Numbered from the stretch's first letter, positions 1 through 9,462 are shown. The stretch: DNA of 64,000 nucleotides from an uncultured Alphaproteobacteria bacterium (GCA_944393225.1 CALXZK010000006.1:10004-74003), one strand, 5' to 3'. The notes: a model not told the origin generated them from the letters alone. Program-made: numbers and translations.

Positions 1-1558
1 CTGATTGAGCATTATCTGTTACCGGACCATAGCTATCAACGGCAATGGTAACAGGACCCATACCAAGCATACCGAAAGCCACCAAACCAAAGGCAAATAC
101 GGTCGGATAAACCATGTATGCATCCAAACCTTCAATCGAGGTCATGTATGCAATTGCCATCAAGCCGACGATAACCAAACCGTTCCAGAAAGCGGAGAAG
201 TTACCGGCAACAATACCGGAGATAATGTTCAAAGAAGCACCGGCTTCGCGGCTGGCATTAACAATCTCTTGAACATGTTTAGATTTTGAAGAAGTGAAAG
301 CTTTGGTAAATTCCGGAATCAAAGCTGCAGCCAAAGTACCGCAAGAAATGATAACGGAAAGTTTCCACCACAAATCTTCACCCATGTTACCAATCATTAC
401 ATAAGAAACACCGAAGGTAACCAAAATGGAAATAATGGAAGTAAACCAAACCAAAGAGGTTAACGGAGTTTCAAAGTTGAAAGATTTTTTGTTACCGAAA
501 ATGGCTTTGCTGACTTTAGAGTTCAACCAATAAGAAACCATAGAGGTCAAAATCATGAGTAAGCGCATAGCAAAAATCCAAACGATTAGGCGAGCTTGAA
601 TATCAATGCCGTTTTGCATCATGGCAAGTTCACCGTTCGGCATATACATCATGCCGGCACCAAGAACGATAAAGCTGATAAGAGCCACGCCGGTCACGCC
701 GTAAGTTTCAAAACCATCGGCGGTAGGACCAACGGAGTCGCCGGCATTATCACCGGTACAGTCGGCAATCACACCGGGGTTACGCGCATCATCTTCGTCG
801 ATTTTGAAAATAATTTTCATCAAATCGGCACCGATATCGGCAATCTTGGTAAAGATACCGCCGCAAATACGCAAAGCGGAAGCACCTAAAGATTCACCAA
901 TGGCAAAACCGATAAAGCAAGCACCTGCGCTCTCGCGAGAAACAAAGAGCAAAATAGCAATCATCATTACGAGTTCAACGCAAATAAGCATCACACCGAT
1001 AGACATACCGGAGCGAAGCGGCAAACTCATAACGGAATAAGCTTGACCTTTAAGGGAGTCAAATGCGGTACGAGAGTTTGCATAAGTATTGATTCGCATA
1101 CCGAACCAAGCTACGCAGAAAGAACCCAAAATACCCAAGATTGACCAACCCAAAATGGTGAACACTTTAGAAAGCGGAGTCTCTTGCAAACCGTAGAAAT
1201 AATAAAAGATACAAGCTGCAATAAAGATTTCCAAAACGACCAAGAGTTTGGCTTGTTGTTTCATATAGGTTTTGCAGGTAGAATAAATCAAATTAGAAAC
1301 ATCGAGCATAGATTTATGAGCCGGAAGTTTTTTAATTTTGATAAATTCATAAAGACCAAACAAAAAGCCCAATAAACAAATTCCCAAACCATAGAACAAG
1401 ATTTGGGAACCAGTTATTGCATAGCCGAAAATTTGATAGTCAACGTCGAGCATCGGAATATTCAAGTCAATTTCCGAAGCCTGAGCTGAACCGGCAAAAG
1501 CTGTCAGCAGCAAAGCAGCATTAACAGCCAAAGCCCCGATTTTTTTCAAACTCAACAT
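1..1558 (-). CDS. hppA: Membrane-bound H+/Na+-translocating pyrophosphatase, 5' portion (runs off the window start)
   Basis: Not in the ORF track because it is open-ended. Manual translation of the minus strand from ATG 1558 (AGGA SD upstream) gives MLSLKKIGALAVNAALLL... and the mPPase signature GGIFTKIADIGADLMKIIFKIDEDDARNPGVIADCTGDNAGDSVGPTADGFETY. Confidence 0.93.
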   Translation of the reverse strand, partial: MLSLKKIGALAVNAALLLTAFAGSAQASEIDLNIPMLDVDYQIFGYAITGSQILFYGLGICLLGFLFGLYEFIKIKKLPAHKSMLDVSNLIYSTCKTYMKQQAKLLVVLEIFIAACIFYYFYGLQETPLSKVFTILGWSILGILGSFCVAWFGMRINTYANSRTAFDSLKGQAYSVMSLPLRSGMSIGVMLICVELVMMIAILLFVSRESAGACFIGFAIGESLGASALRICGGIFTKIADIGADLMKIIFKIDEDDARNPGVIADCTGDNAGDSVGPTADGFETYGVTGVALISFIVLGAGMMYMPNGELAMMQNGIDIQARLIVWIFAMRLLMILTSMVSYWLNSKVSKAIFGNKKSFNFETPLTSLVWFTSIISILVTFGVSYVMIGNMGEDLWWKLSVIISCGTLAAALIPEFTKAFTSSKSKHVQEIVNASREAGASLNIISGIVAGNFSAFWNGLVIVGLMAIAYMTSIEGLDAYMVYPTVFAFGLVAFGMLGMGPVTIAVDSYGPVTDNAQS

Positions 1559-1774
1559 ATAAAATTTCCTTATATAATTGAAACTATTTTCCATATAACG
1601 GAACATGGGTCAACACAAGACTCAGATTCGTTTTCGTTATGGTTAAGATGTTACGCTTGAGATTCTAAAGATTCAATTAATTATTCTGTTTAATAAAATT
1701 TTAAGCAGAAAAATATATCTGTTCAAATTAAGAAAAAAAGATTATAATGAAAGTTAGACTTTAGGAGAATAGAT

Positions 1775-2047
1775 ATGAAGAGATTATTACTTTTAGGCGC
1801 GATTGCCTTGATTTCCGCTTGCAGTAGCACACCGGAAACATACCCCTACGGAATGAGTGAAAAAGAATGGGAAGAGCTTTCCATCAAAGACAAAGCCGCC
1901 ATCCGTCGCGATTTTTATTTTTATGAACGCGGCAACATGAACTTTGTTAACCCTCAGTTAGAAGTTGAAGGAAAAAAAGAAAGCAATAATGTTTTCATGA
2001 AAGATAAAACTTCTCGCAAAACACCCGAACCTTTAATCGGCGAATAA
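1775..2047 (+). CDS. Small hypothetical lipoprotein
   Basis: AGGAG SD; signal peptide with lipobox LISAC; terminator follows. Confidence 0.75.
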   Translation: MKRLLLLGAIALISACSSTPETYPYGMSEKEWEELSIKDKAAIRRDFYFYERGNMNFVNPQLEVEGKKESNNVFMKDKTSRKTPEPLIGE

Positions 2048-2054
2048 TTTCAGT

Positions 2055-2089
2055 AAAATCCTTTGCTTAAAATGCAAAGGATTTTTTTT
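2055..2089 (+). terminator. Rho-independent terminator
   Basis: AAAATCCTTTGC-loop-GCAAAGGATTTT followed by a T-run. Confidence 0.8.
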
Positions 2090-2175
2090 GTCCCTCTGTT
2101 TATAGATTAAAAATTTATATTGTCATCAAAGAGGCATCCTTGTTTAATTATAACATCTTAATAATTTAGAAAAGG

Positions 2176-2640
2176 ATGAAAATTATGCAAAATCAAAATA
2201 CCAACAAGATTGAAGTTTTGAAATCCCATTTCATGAAATATGGTGTCGATGTTGTAAAAAACCACTATGTGGATTTTAAAGGCAGAGCAACACGCCCTGA
2301 TTTTTGGTATTTCCAACTTTATATGTTTATTGTTCTGTTTGTTATCGGTTTTGTTTTTAGTTTGCTCAGATTACCGATTATTTCATCATTAGCCGCATTG
2401 GCTTTGATGTTGCCGGCATTAGGCATTTCTGCTCGTCGTTTGCATGACTTAGGTAAAAGCGGTTACTGGTTGCTCATCAGCATCGTTCCTGGAATTTTGG
2501 TTGTTGCATTGATGGGTGTTTCCATGTCTGCCGCCATGGTTTTTAACTACATTCAATTGGCTGCCAACATTTATCTGTTGGTTTTGTTCTGCATGAAAGG
2601 TGAAGCTAAAGACAATGCTTGGGGCAAAGCTGCAAAATAA
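2176..2640 (+). CDS. DUF805 (YhaH-like) inner-membrane protein
   Basis: Motifs YVDFKGRATRPDFW, ARRLHDLGKSG and C-terminal G-x4-NAWG. Confidence 0.88.
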   Translation: MKIMQNQNTNKIEVLKSHFMKYGVDVVKNHYVDFKGRATRPDFWYFQLYMFIVLFVIGFVFSLLRLPIISSLAALALMLPALGISARRLHDLGKSGYWLLISIVPGILVVALMGVSMSAAMVFNYIQLAANIYLLVLFCMKGEAKDNAWGKAAK

Positions 2641-2661
2641 AGACATTTTAGCACAACCCAA

Positions 2662-2694
2662 TAAAAGGCTTTGACTAAAATCAAAGCCTTTTTT
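2662..2694 (+). terminator. Rho-independent terminator
   Basis: AAAAGGCTTTGA-loop-TCAAAGCCTTTT. Confidence 0.75.
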
Positions 2695-2731
2695 ATGATA
2701 TATACAACGTTGTTATTCAGAGAGAAAAATC

Positions 2732-3079
2732 ATGAAAAAATATATATTGGCACTTTTGTTGGTTATGGGTTTTATAAGCGGTTGCGACAATCAACCTCAA
2801 ATCAGCAATGATAAAATTTACTTTTTCTTTTATGATGGTTGCCCTTATTGCCACTACGCCATGGAATATATCAACAAAAAATATCCCGATTTGGAAATGA
2901 CCAAAGTTGATGTTTACCAAGCTGAAGGTTACAAACTTTTTGAAGCCTGCGGCGATAAGTTTAACTTGGAAAGTATCGGTACACCGCTATTTTGCATGGG
3001 AGATAAATATATCATGGGCTGGTCAAAAAACAATGAACGCAAATTTGACCGCTTTGTTAAGCCGTTTATAAAAGAATAA
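2732..3079 (+). CDS. Glutaredoxin/thioredoxin-fold lipoprotein
   Basis: Lipobox FISGC, CPYC redox motif, GTP cis-Pro motif. Confidence 0.8.
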   Translation: MKKYILALLLVMGFISGCDNQPQISNDKIYFFFYDGCPYCHYAMEYINKKYPDLEMTKVDVYQAEGYKLFEACGDKFNLESIGTPLFCMGDKYIMGWSKNNERKFDRFVKPFIKE

Positions 3080-3083
3080 TATC

Positions 3084-3531
3084 AAAAAAGAGGCCGATAA
3101 ACAGCCTCTTTTATTTTATGGCGTACCCGGAGGGCTTGAGGAGGAAATAATCTCCGATGGAGATTATTTCAACGAAAGGCGCAGATTTGTTAGCTTTGAG
3201 ACAAGTGATAACGCCACCGATAAAGCGTTACAAATCAAGTGACCGCAGCGCCGTTAGTGAGCTTGCGAACTTACAAGCAAGAACGAACCCGGGTTCGACC
3301 ATCCGGAAAGCCATGACAAAAAAAGCCGTCTTCATCAGACGGCTTTTTTATGGCGTACCCGGAAAGATGGGCTCCTTCGTCGCCGCTTCGTCGTCGCTCG
3401 GGCTTTGCCCTCACCGGCATACTCCCGTCTGCCTCTCCTCCTAGTCGAACCACTTCCTCGTGGGTTCGAAACCCGCAGCTACTCAACATAACAGAAAAAA
3501 AGGGCTGATAAGCAGCCCTTTTTTTCTGTTA
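3084..3531 (-). repeat. tRNA-linked repeat region: two extra copies of the tRNA-Arg 3' end, each with its own terminator hairpin
   Basis: TGGCGTACCCGG occurs at 3119-3130, 3351-3362 and 3532-3543 (the tRNA itself). Each copy is adjoined on the left by an A-tract/stem/T-tract hairpin (~3084-3113, ~3318-3349, 3487-3533). Confidence 0.8.
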
Positions 3532-3608
3532 TGGCGTACCCGGGGGGATTCGAACCCACGACCCTCGGCGTCGGAGGCCGATACTCTATCCAACTGAGCT
3601 ACGGGTAC
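3532..3608 (-). tRNA. tRNA-Arg(CCG)
   Basis: Reverse complement GTACCCGTAGCTCAGTTGGATAGAGTA-TCGGC-CT-CCG-AC-GCCGA-GGGTCGTGGGTTCGAATCCCCCCGGGTACGCCA; 77 nt cloverleaf with encoded CCA. Confidence 0.97.
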
Positions 3609-3782
3609 ATCAAACAAACACCATACTCTTACACCGCTTTAGCACACTTTTCCAGCAAAATTTTGCACTTTTTAGCACCTTTACCCCCCATTTTACAAAA
3701 TTTCACTTGACTATTTGTCTAAATCTATGTATTAACAAGCAACAAGTTCTGTTCAAAAGATAAATTTTAAGGAAAAATAACA

Positions 3783-4061
3783 ATGGCTAAAAAGTGTGAT
3801 ATTTCAGGCACCGGCGTTATGAGCGGCAACAATGTCAGCCACGCTAACAATAGAACCCGTCGTCGTTTCTTGCCTAACTTACAAGTTGTTTCACTCTTGA
3901 GTGAAAAACTTAACCGTATTTTCAAATTGAAAGTTTGCTCAAAAACTTTGCGTTCTATTGAACACAATGGCGGTTTGGATGCTTATTTGGAATCCACCTC
4001 TAACAGCAAATTGAGCGATGAAGCTATCAAAATCAAAAAAACTATTGCTAAAGCAAAATAA
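3783..4061 (+). CDS. rpmB: 50S ribosomal protein L28
   Basis: MAKKCDISG...GNNVSHANNRTRRRFLPNL; promoter-like TTGACT-17-TATTAA at 3707-3735. Confidence 0.97.
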   Translation: MAKKCDISGTGVMSGNNVSHANNRTRRRFLPNLQVVSLLSEKLNRIFKLKVCSKTLRSIEHNGGLDAYLESTSNSKLSDEAIKIKKTIAKAK

Positions 4062-4086
4062 TAATCAAGCTTCATAAAAAAGTTTC

Positions 4087-4118
4087 AAATACCTTCTCTT
4101 TCGAGAAGGTATTTTTTT
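4087..4118 (+). terminator. Rho-independent terminator of rpmB
   Basis: AAATACCTTCTC-TTTC-GAGAAGGTATTT followed by a T-run. Confidence 0.85.
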
Positions 4119-4217
4119 ATCCCCGATATCCACAAACCTCTATGTAGAATTTAGATTGTATTTAATGTTTTTTTTGTTTATAAAATCTGCATCAAATAAC
4201 TTAATTGAAAGAAGACC

Positions 4218-5699
4218 ATGGATACCTCTATTGACGTCAGCAAACTCCCGCAAAGCATTGAAGCCGAACAAGCCCTGTTAGGAGCTATTTTAGCCAACAA
4301 TAAGGCTTATGAAAAAGTTTCGGAATTCTTAAAACCGCAACATTTTGCCGATTCGACTCATGCTAAAATTTTTGAGGTAATCTCCAAGCTCATCACCCGC
4401 GGTCACGTTGCCGATGTTATCACCCTCAAAAACTATTTTGAGCAGGAAGGCACGTTAAACGAAGTCGGCGGACACCAATATCTGGTCAAATTGGCAGATA
4501 GTGCCACACCTTTAACCAACGCCGAATACTATGCGCAATTTATTTATGACAAATATCTGCGCCGCGAGCTGATTGCCACCGGTTTTGATATTGTAAACGA
4601 CGCCAGCAAAGAAGACATCGATTCGGATGCTATGGAACAAATCGAGTCGGCAGAAAAAAAATTATTTGAGCTAGCCAACCAAGGCGAGCACCAAGGCGGC
4701 TTTGTTGACTTTGGCGAGGCTTTGAATATTTCTTTAAGCAACATTGAAGAAGCTTACCAAAAAGAAGGAAAAATTTCCGGTTTGCCAACGGCTCTTGATG
4801 CTTTGGATAACAAAACCGGTGGTCTGAACAACTCCGACTTGATTATTATCGCTGCTCGTCCGGCGATGGGAAAAACGGCTTTGGCCACAAATATTGCTTA
4901 TAATGTTGCCGACTATATGTATCACAACAAAAACTTAGACCCGAGCAAAAAAGGCGTTGCTTTCTTTTCTTTGGAAATGTCTGCTGACCAGTTGGCCAGC
5001 CGTATTCTTTCCACCGTTACCCAAACCAACGCGCACAAAATGCGTACTGGTGAGTTGGATAATGCCGAATTTACACGTATTGCCGCCGCCGTCCGCGAGT
5101 TGGAAAATATTCCGCTCTACATTGATGACACACCGGGTTTGAACATCAACTCCATTCGCACCCGCGCCCGCAGATTGAAAAGAAACAAGGGTTTGGGCTT
5201 AATCATCATTGACTATATTCAATTGATTATGGGTAGCGGCAGCAAAAAAACCGAAGGCAACCGTGTACAAGAATTGTCCGAAATCTCCCGTGGTTTAAAA
5301 ATCTTGGCAAAAGAACTCAACTTACCCGTAATTGCCCTGTCCCAATTAAACCGTGGTGTAGAACAAAGAGATGATAAACGTCCGTTAATGTCAGACTTGC
5401 GTGAATCCGGTTCTATCGAGCAAGATGCGGATAGTGTTATGTTTATTTATCGTGAAAACTACTATCTGCAAAATGAAGAGCCGCAGCAAAAAGCCTCCGA
5501 AACACCGGAACACCTGCAAAAACGCCATGAAGAATGGGAAGCTCGTGTCAGAGCCACACAAAACATATCTGAAGTTATTATCGGTAAAAACCGTCACGGC
5601 TCAACCGGAACCATTCAACTCTTCTGGAATGGTGAATTTACCCAATTCGGCAACTTGGCAAAAGAAGAATATTTACCGGACCAAATCGGCGGAGAATAA
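4218..5699 (+). CDS. dnaB: Replicative DNA helicase DnaB
   Basis: PQSIEAEQALLG, Walker A AARPAMGKT, IDYIQL, LSQLNR, SDLRESGSIEQDAD, KNRHG. Confidence 0.98.
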   Translation: MDTSIDVSKLPQSIEAEQALLGAILANNKAYEKVSEFLKPQHFADSTHAKIFEVISKLITRGHVADVITLKNYFEQEGTLNEVGGHQYLVKLADSATPLTNAEYYAQFIYDKYLRRELIATGFDIVNDASKEDIDSDAMEQIESAEKKLFELANQGEHQGGFVDFGEALNISLSNIEEAYQKEGKISGLPTALDALDNKTGGLNNSDLIIIAARPAMGKTALATNIAYNVADYMYHNKNLDPSKKGVAFFSLEMSADQLASRILSTVTQTNAHKMRTGELDNAEFTRIAAAVRELENIPLYIDDTPGLNINSIRTRARRLKRNKGLGLIIIDYIQLIMGSGSKKTEGNRVQELSEISRGLKILAKELNLPVIALSQLNRGVEQRDDKRPLMSDLRESGSIEQDADSVMFIYRENYYLQNEEPQQKASETPEHLQKRHEEWEARVRATQNISEVIIGKNRHGSTGTIQLFWNGEFTQFGNLAKEEYLPDQIGGE

Positions 5700-5960
5700 T
5701 TATTCTTTATTCTGTTTTTGCCCGTTGACAAATATATCATTATAATACAGGGCAGAACCCAAATATTTTCCGGTATATTCATGTTCGGGCGTATTGCAGT
5801 AAATGATGTTATCTTGAGGATGTTCTTCTGGTTCTTCGCTAAGTTGACCCCGCTCAATTTGCTGACGCATTTTCTCCAACCGTTCGCATTTTTGTGAGCA
5901 ACAAGAACAAGTATTTTGTACCGGTGTATTGAGCAACAATTTTGCCAACCAAGCAAACAT
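5700..5960 (-). CDS. Hypothetical protein (86 aa)
   Basis: AAGGAG SD before ATG 5960; its stop directly abuts the dnaB stop. Confidence 0.6.
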   Translation of the reverse strand: MFAWLAKLLLNTPVQNTCSCCSQKCERLEKMRQQIERGQLSEEPEEHPQDNIIYCNTPEHEYTGKYLGSALYYNDIFVNGQKQNKE

Positions 5961-6025
5961 TTTAATTCTCCTTAAACTTTGTTTGCTGTATAGTAGCATA
6001 ACAATTCTTAAAAAAGGAAAAAAGA

Positions 6026-6460
6026 GTGACAAAAGATTTTTGGCAACATAAAAAATTATCCGAGTTTTCAGAAGCCGAATGGGAAAGCATTTGCTGCCGT
6101 TGCGGTCGTTGCTGCCTGATAAAATTGCAAGATGAAGATAGTGATGAAGTTTATTACACTGACTTAGTCTGCCGCTATTTTAATCATGAAAACTGCACCT
6201 GCACGGAATATAAAAATCGCTGCAAATTGGTGCCGGAATGTTTGAAGCTTGATAAAGACAATGTTGATAAAATAAGCTGGATGCCGAAAAACTGTTCTTA
6301 TCGTTGGTTGTCTGAAAAAGGTATCTTGCCGCCATGGCATCCGCTAATAACAGGCAAGCCCCTAGAAGAGCAACACAGCATCAAAAATCGCTGCATTTCC
6401 GAAACGCTTGTTCCCGAGGAAGAATGGGAAGATCATATTTTGGAGGACGACGAGCCATGA
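6026..6460 (+). CDS. YcgN family cysteine-cluster protein (UPF0260), copy 1
   Basis: FWQHKKLSEFSEAEWESICCRCGRCCLIKL...CRYF...CTEYKNR...WMPKNCSYR...LPPWHPLITG. Confidence 0.9.
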   Translation: MTKDFWQHKKLSEFSEAEWESICCRCGRCCLIKLQDEDSDEVYYTDLVCRYFNHENCTCTEYKNRCKLVPECLKLDKDNVDKISWMPKNCSYRWLSEKGILPPWHPLITGKPLEEQHSIKNRCISETLVPEEEWEDHILEDDEP

Positions 6461-6966
6461 GTTCGGACAATAAAAATTTTGCCTCGGAAGAATATGATCC
6501 GCAAAGCCGTTTTGACCATCTTGACCGATTCGAACCAGAATTTTGGAAAAAGAAAAAGCTGGAAGAAATGAGCAAAGAAGAATGGGAATTGCTTTGTGAC
6601 GGTTGCGGAAAATGTTGCCTAAACAAAATTGAAATTAAAGGCAAAATAAAATTCACCAACACGCGTTGCCGATTCTTAGATTGCAAAAGCTGCTTGTGCC
6701 GCATTTACGAGCATCGCTTTGAAAAAGTTTCCGATTGCCGCGACATTGACTTGGCAGCCATCAGAGAAAAACCGCGTTGGTTGCCGAAAACCTGTGCTTA
6801 TTGGCTCTTAGACAACGGCTATGACTTGCCTTCTTGGCATCCGTTAATCACCGGAAAAGCCAAGAGCGTGCATGAGGCAAAAATGTCTTTACAGGAACGC
6901 GAAACCGTATCTGAAACGGGAATAGAAGACTATGAAAATTACGTTATTGACTGGCAAGACCTTTGA
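6457..6966 (+). CDS. YcgN family cysteine-cluster protein (UPF0260), copy 2
   Basis: FWKKKKLEEMSKEEWELLCDGCGKCCLNK...WLPKTCAY...LPSWHPLITG; start at 6457 overlaps the previous stop (ATGA). Confidence 0.9.
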   Translation: MSSDNKNFASEEYDPQSRFDHLDRFEPEFWKKKKLEEMSKEEWELLCDGCGKCCLNKIEIKGKIKFTNTRCRFLDCKSCLCRIYEHRFEKVSDCRDIDLAAIREKPRWLPKTCAYWLLDNGYDLPSWHPLITGKAKSVHEAKMSLQERETVSETGIEDYENYVIDWQDL

Positions 6967-7642
6967 TATTCAAGCCGCTTTGAATATGGATATCAAAATC
7001 ATTAAATCGCCAAAGGCCAAACGCCTAACCTTGCGAATTGATACCAAAGAGCGTTTGCCGATTTTAACCATTCCCAGCCGTTGCAGTGCCAAAAGAGCCA
7101 TTGAATTTGTAGAAATGCACCGTGCCTGGATGGAAGAAAATTTAGAAAAAATTCCCGTTGCCAAGCGTTTTGAAAATGGCGAGATTATTTCCATTATGGG
7201 CAAAGAATATACCATCAACCATTGTCCGCAAAAACGCTGCGGTGTTTTGATGGATGAAAACACTCTGATTGTATCGGGTTCAAAAGAATTTATGCATCGC
7301 CGCATTTGTGATTTCATTAAGAAAAATGCCAAAGATGAATTGTTCAAAAAATCTAAAATTTTGGCAGCCAAAATCGGTTGTCATGTTAACTCCGTCAGCA
7401 TCAAAGACACCAAATCTCGCTGGGGAAGCTGCTCAAGTTTGGATAATATAAATTACAACTGGCGCATCAGCTTAGCGCCCAAATATGTAATAGATTATCT
7501 GGTTGCACATGAAGTTTCTCACCTTCTGCACCAAGATCATTCTAGAGAGTTTTGGCAATGTGTTAAAAAGCTCTGCCCCAATGCCGCCAAAGGCAGATTA
7601 TGGCTCAAAAATCACGGCAAAGAATTATACCAGTACGAATAA
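6932..7642 (+). CDS. YgjP/SprT-like (DUF45) zinc metallo-hydrolase
   Basis: KDTKSRWGSCS, NYNWR, DYLVAHEVSHL (HExxH), DHSREFW. Confidence 0.9.
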   Translation: MKITLLTGKTFDIQAALNMDIKIIKSPKAKRLTLRIDTKERLPILTIPSRCSAKRAIEFVEMHRAWMEENLEKIPVAKRFENGEIISIMGKEYTINHCPQKRCGVLMDENTLIVSGSKEFMHRRICDFIKKNAKDELFKKSKILAAKIGCHVNSVSIKDTKSRWGSCSSLDNINYNWRISLAPKYVIDYLVAHEVSHLLHQDHSREFWQCVKKLCPNAAKGRLWLKNHGKELYQYE

Positions 7643-7711
7643 GGGCGGTTGATTTTTGCAAAAACTTTCCCTATATTATTTTTTAGAACAATTAAACAGG
7701 AGAAAATATCT

Positions 7712-8428
7712 ATGGAAACTAAAGTAAATGCACAAGCCAAAACTTATGTTGATGAAGGCTTGCGTCAATACATGCTCAAAATTTACAACTACATGACCGG
7801 TGGTCTTTGCTTGACTGCTTTGGCTGCTTATTTAGTTGCAAACACCTCCCTCATCCGCTTATTTTTTAACGTAACACCGCAAGGTGTCACCATGAGCGGC
7901 TTAGGCTGGCTATTCTTGTTTGCCCCCTTGCTTATGGTTTTTGCCTTTGGTTGGGTTTTACAACGCGGAACTTTGCAACAAGTTCAAGCCATGTTCTGGG
8001 GCTTTTCTGCCGTTATGGGTATTTCCTTAACCCCAGTTTTGATGGCTTACACCGGCGCCAGCGTCACCAGAGTTTTCTTGATTACTGCCGCTATGTTCGG
8101 TGGCATGAGCTTATATGGCTACACCACTAAAAAAGACTTGAGTGCCATGGGCTCATTCTTGATTATGGGTGTTTGGGGCTTGATTGTGGCTTCTATCATT
8201 AACCTCTTTTTCCAAAGCCCCGGTTTGAGCTATGCCGTATCTGTTATCGGTGTTTTAATCTTCACCGGTTTAACTGCTTATGACACCCAAGCCGTTCGTC
8301 AAATTTATTACAGCGCTGATAGTGAAGATACGATGTCTCGCAAAGCCATTGCCGGTGCTTTGAACCTGTACATGGACTTCATTAACATGTTCATCTATCT
8401 TTTGCGCTTGATGGGTGACCGCCGTTAA
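7712..8428 (+). CDS. Bax inhibitor-1/YccA family membrane protein
   Basis: DEGLRQYMLKIYNYM, YGYTTKKDL, GLTAYDTQ, GALNLYMDFINMF; AGGAG SD before ATG 7712. Confidence 0.93.
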   Translation: METKVNAQAKTYVDEGLRQYMLKIYNYMTGGLCLTALAAYLVANTSLIRLFFNVTPQGVTMSGLGWLFLFAPLLMVFAFGWVLQRGTLQQVQAMFWGFSAVMGISLTPVLMAYTGASVTRVFLITAAMFGGMSLYGYTTKKDLSAMGSFLIMGVWGLIVASIINLFFQSPGLSYAVSVIGVLIFTGLTAYDTQAVRQIYYSADSEDTMSRKAIAGALNLYMDFINMFIYLLRLMGDRR

Positions 8429-8628
8429 TAAGAAACAAAAAACAAAAAAGAAGGGCTTAAATCAAAAATTTAAGTCCTTTTTTTATTGACTTTGATTGGA
8501 TTTAAATTTATAAAACGAGTGTTCTGAATAATCAGAGCATTAATTCCGAGAGGTTCTGTAAGATAAGAAGGACCTTTAAATAATAAATAACAATCGGCGG
8601 AACAATCCGCCTCAACCGGAGAAAAAAA

Positions 8629-8763
8629 ATGAAACGTACTTATCAACCGAGCAAATTGGTTAGAGCTCGCCGTCACGGCTTCCGTACTCGTATGGAAACC
8701 AAAGGTGGTCGCAAAGTCTTGGCAGCACGTCGTGCAAGAGGTCGTAAAAGACTTTCAGCCTAG
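8629..8763 (+). CDS. rpmH: 50S ribosomal protein L34
   Basis: Manual translation [44 protein letters not shown] (44 aa, below the ORF-track cutoff). Confidence 0.98.
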   Translation: MKRTYQPSKLVRARRHGFRTRMETKGGRKVLAARRARGRKRLSA

Positions 8764-8775
8764 TCTGGAACCATT

Positions 8776-9144
8776 ATGGTAGAAGTTTTTATCTTAAAAA
8801 AGAGAAAAGATTTCGTTAGAGTCGCCTCTAAGGGATTAAAGGTTGTTACATCCGGCTTAATCCTGCAGGCGGCTCTCAGTTTATCTGAGCAAGAAAACAT
8901 CTGCCACATTGGCTATACCGCCACAAAAAAATTAGGCAAAGCTCATATCCGAAATCGCACCAAAAGAAGATTACGCGCTGCTGTCCGCGAAGTTTTCCCG
9001 CAAACGGCTTTAAGTGGTGTAGATTATGTCTTAATCGGCAGATACAACACCGCCACTTGCGATTTTCAAAAACTCAAACAAAACATGCAAAATGCTCTTG
9101 AACAAATCAACGGTCAACTGCAAGCCAAGAAAGCCTCCAAATGA
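8776..9144 (+). CDS. rnpA: Ribonuclease P protein component
   Basis: [29 protein letters not shown]; follows rpmH. Confidence 0.96.
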   Translation: MVEVFILKKRKDFVRVASKGLKVVTSGLILQAALSLSEQENICHIGYTATKKLGKAHIRNRTKRRLRAAVREVFPQTALSGVDYVLIGRYNTATCDFQKLKQNMQNALEQINGQLQAKKASK

Positions 9145-9398
9145 CCAAAATCATCAAAAAAATATTGATTTTGCTGGTCAGATTTTATCAAAAATTTCTC
9201 TCTCCGCTATGCCCCGGAGTTTGCCGCTATCAACCGACATGTTCACAATATATGATTGAAGCCATTGAAAAGCATGGAATTTTTAAGGGCGTATGGCTTG
9301 GTTGCAAACGCTTATTGCGTTGCCATCCATGGGGAGGCAGCGGTTATGACCCTGTTCCACCGACAAATGCAAAGAAAAGCAAGCATAACCCAAGATAA
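9141..9398 (+). CDS. yidD: Membrane protein insertion efficiency factor YidD
   Basis: YQKFLSP...[10 protein letters not shown]...[17 protein letters not shown]. Confidence 0.96.
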   Translation: MTKIIKKILILLVRFYQKFLSPLCPGVCRYQPTCSQYMIEAIEKHGIFKGVWLGCKRLLRCHPWGGSGYDPVPPTNAKKSKHNPR

Positions 9399-9462
9399 AC
9401 CCTTGCTTTACGCAAATAAATCCACTAGATTATGAGAAATTAGATAGGTGTATTTAGATACT

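Noticed and set aside
5-1375. Plus-strand ORFs 5-289, 596-889, 804-1040 and 1184-1375
   Set aside because: They are antisense shadows of the minus-strand hppA gene.
3119-3543. Possible CRISPR-like array, or the ORFs 3157-3444 and 3271-3489 as genes
   Set aside because: The repeat is only 12 bp and is the tRNA 3' end, with unequal spacing. The ORFs cross terminators and hairpins and have no recognisable motifs.
8429-8628. Replication origin next to rpmH
   Set aside because: There is no dnaA gene and no DnaA-box cluster here; the upstream gene is a BI-1/YccA protein.
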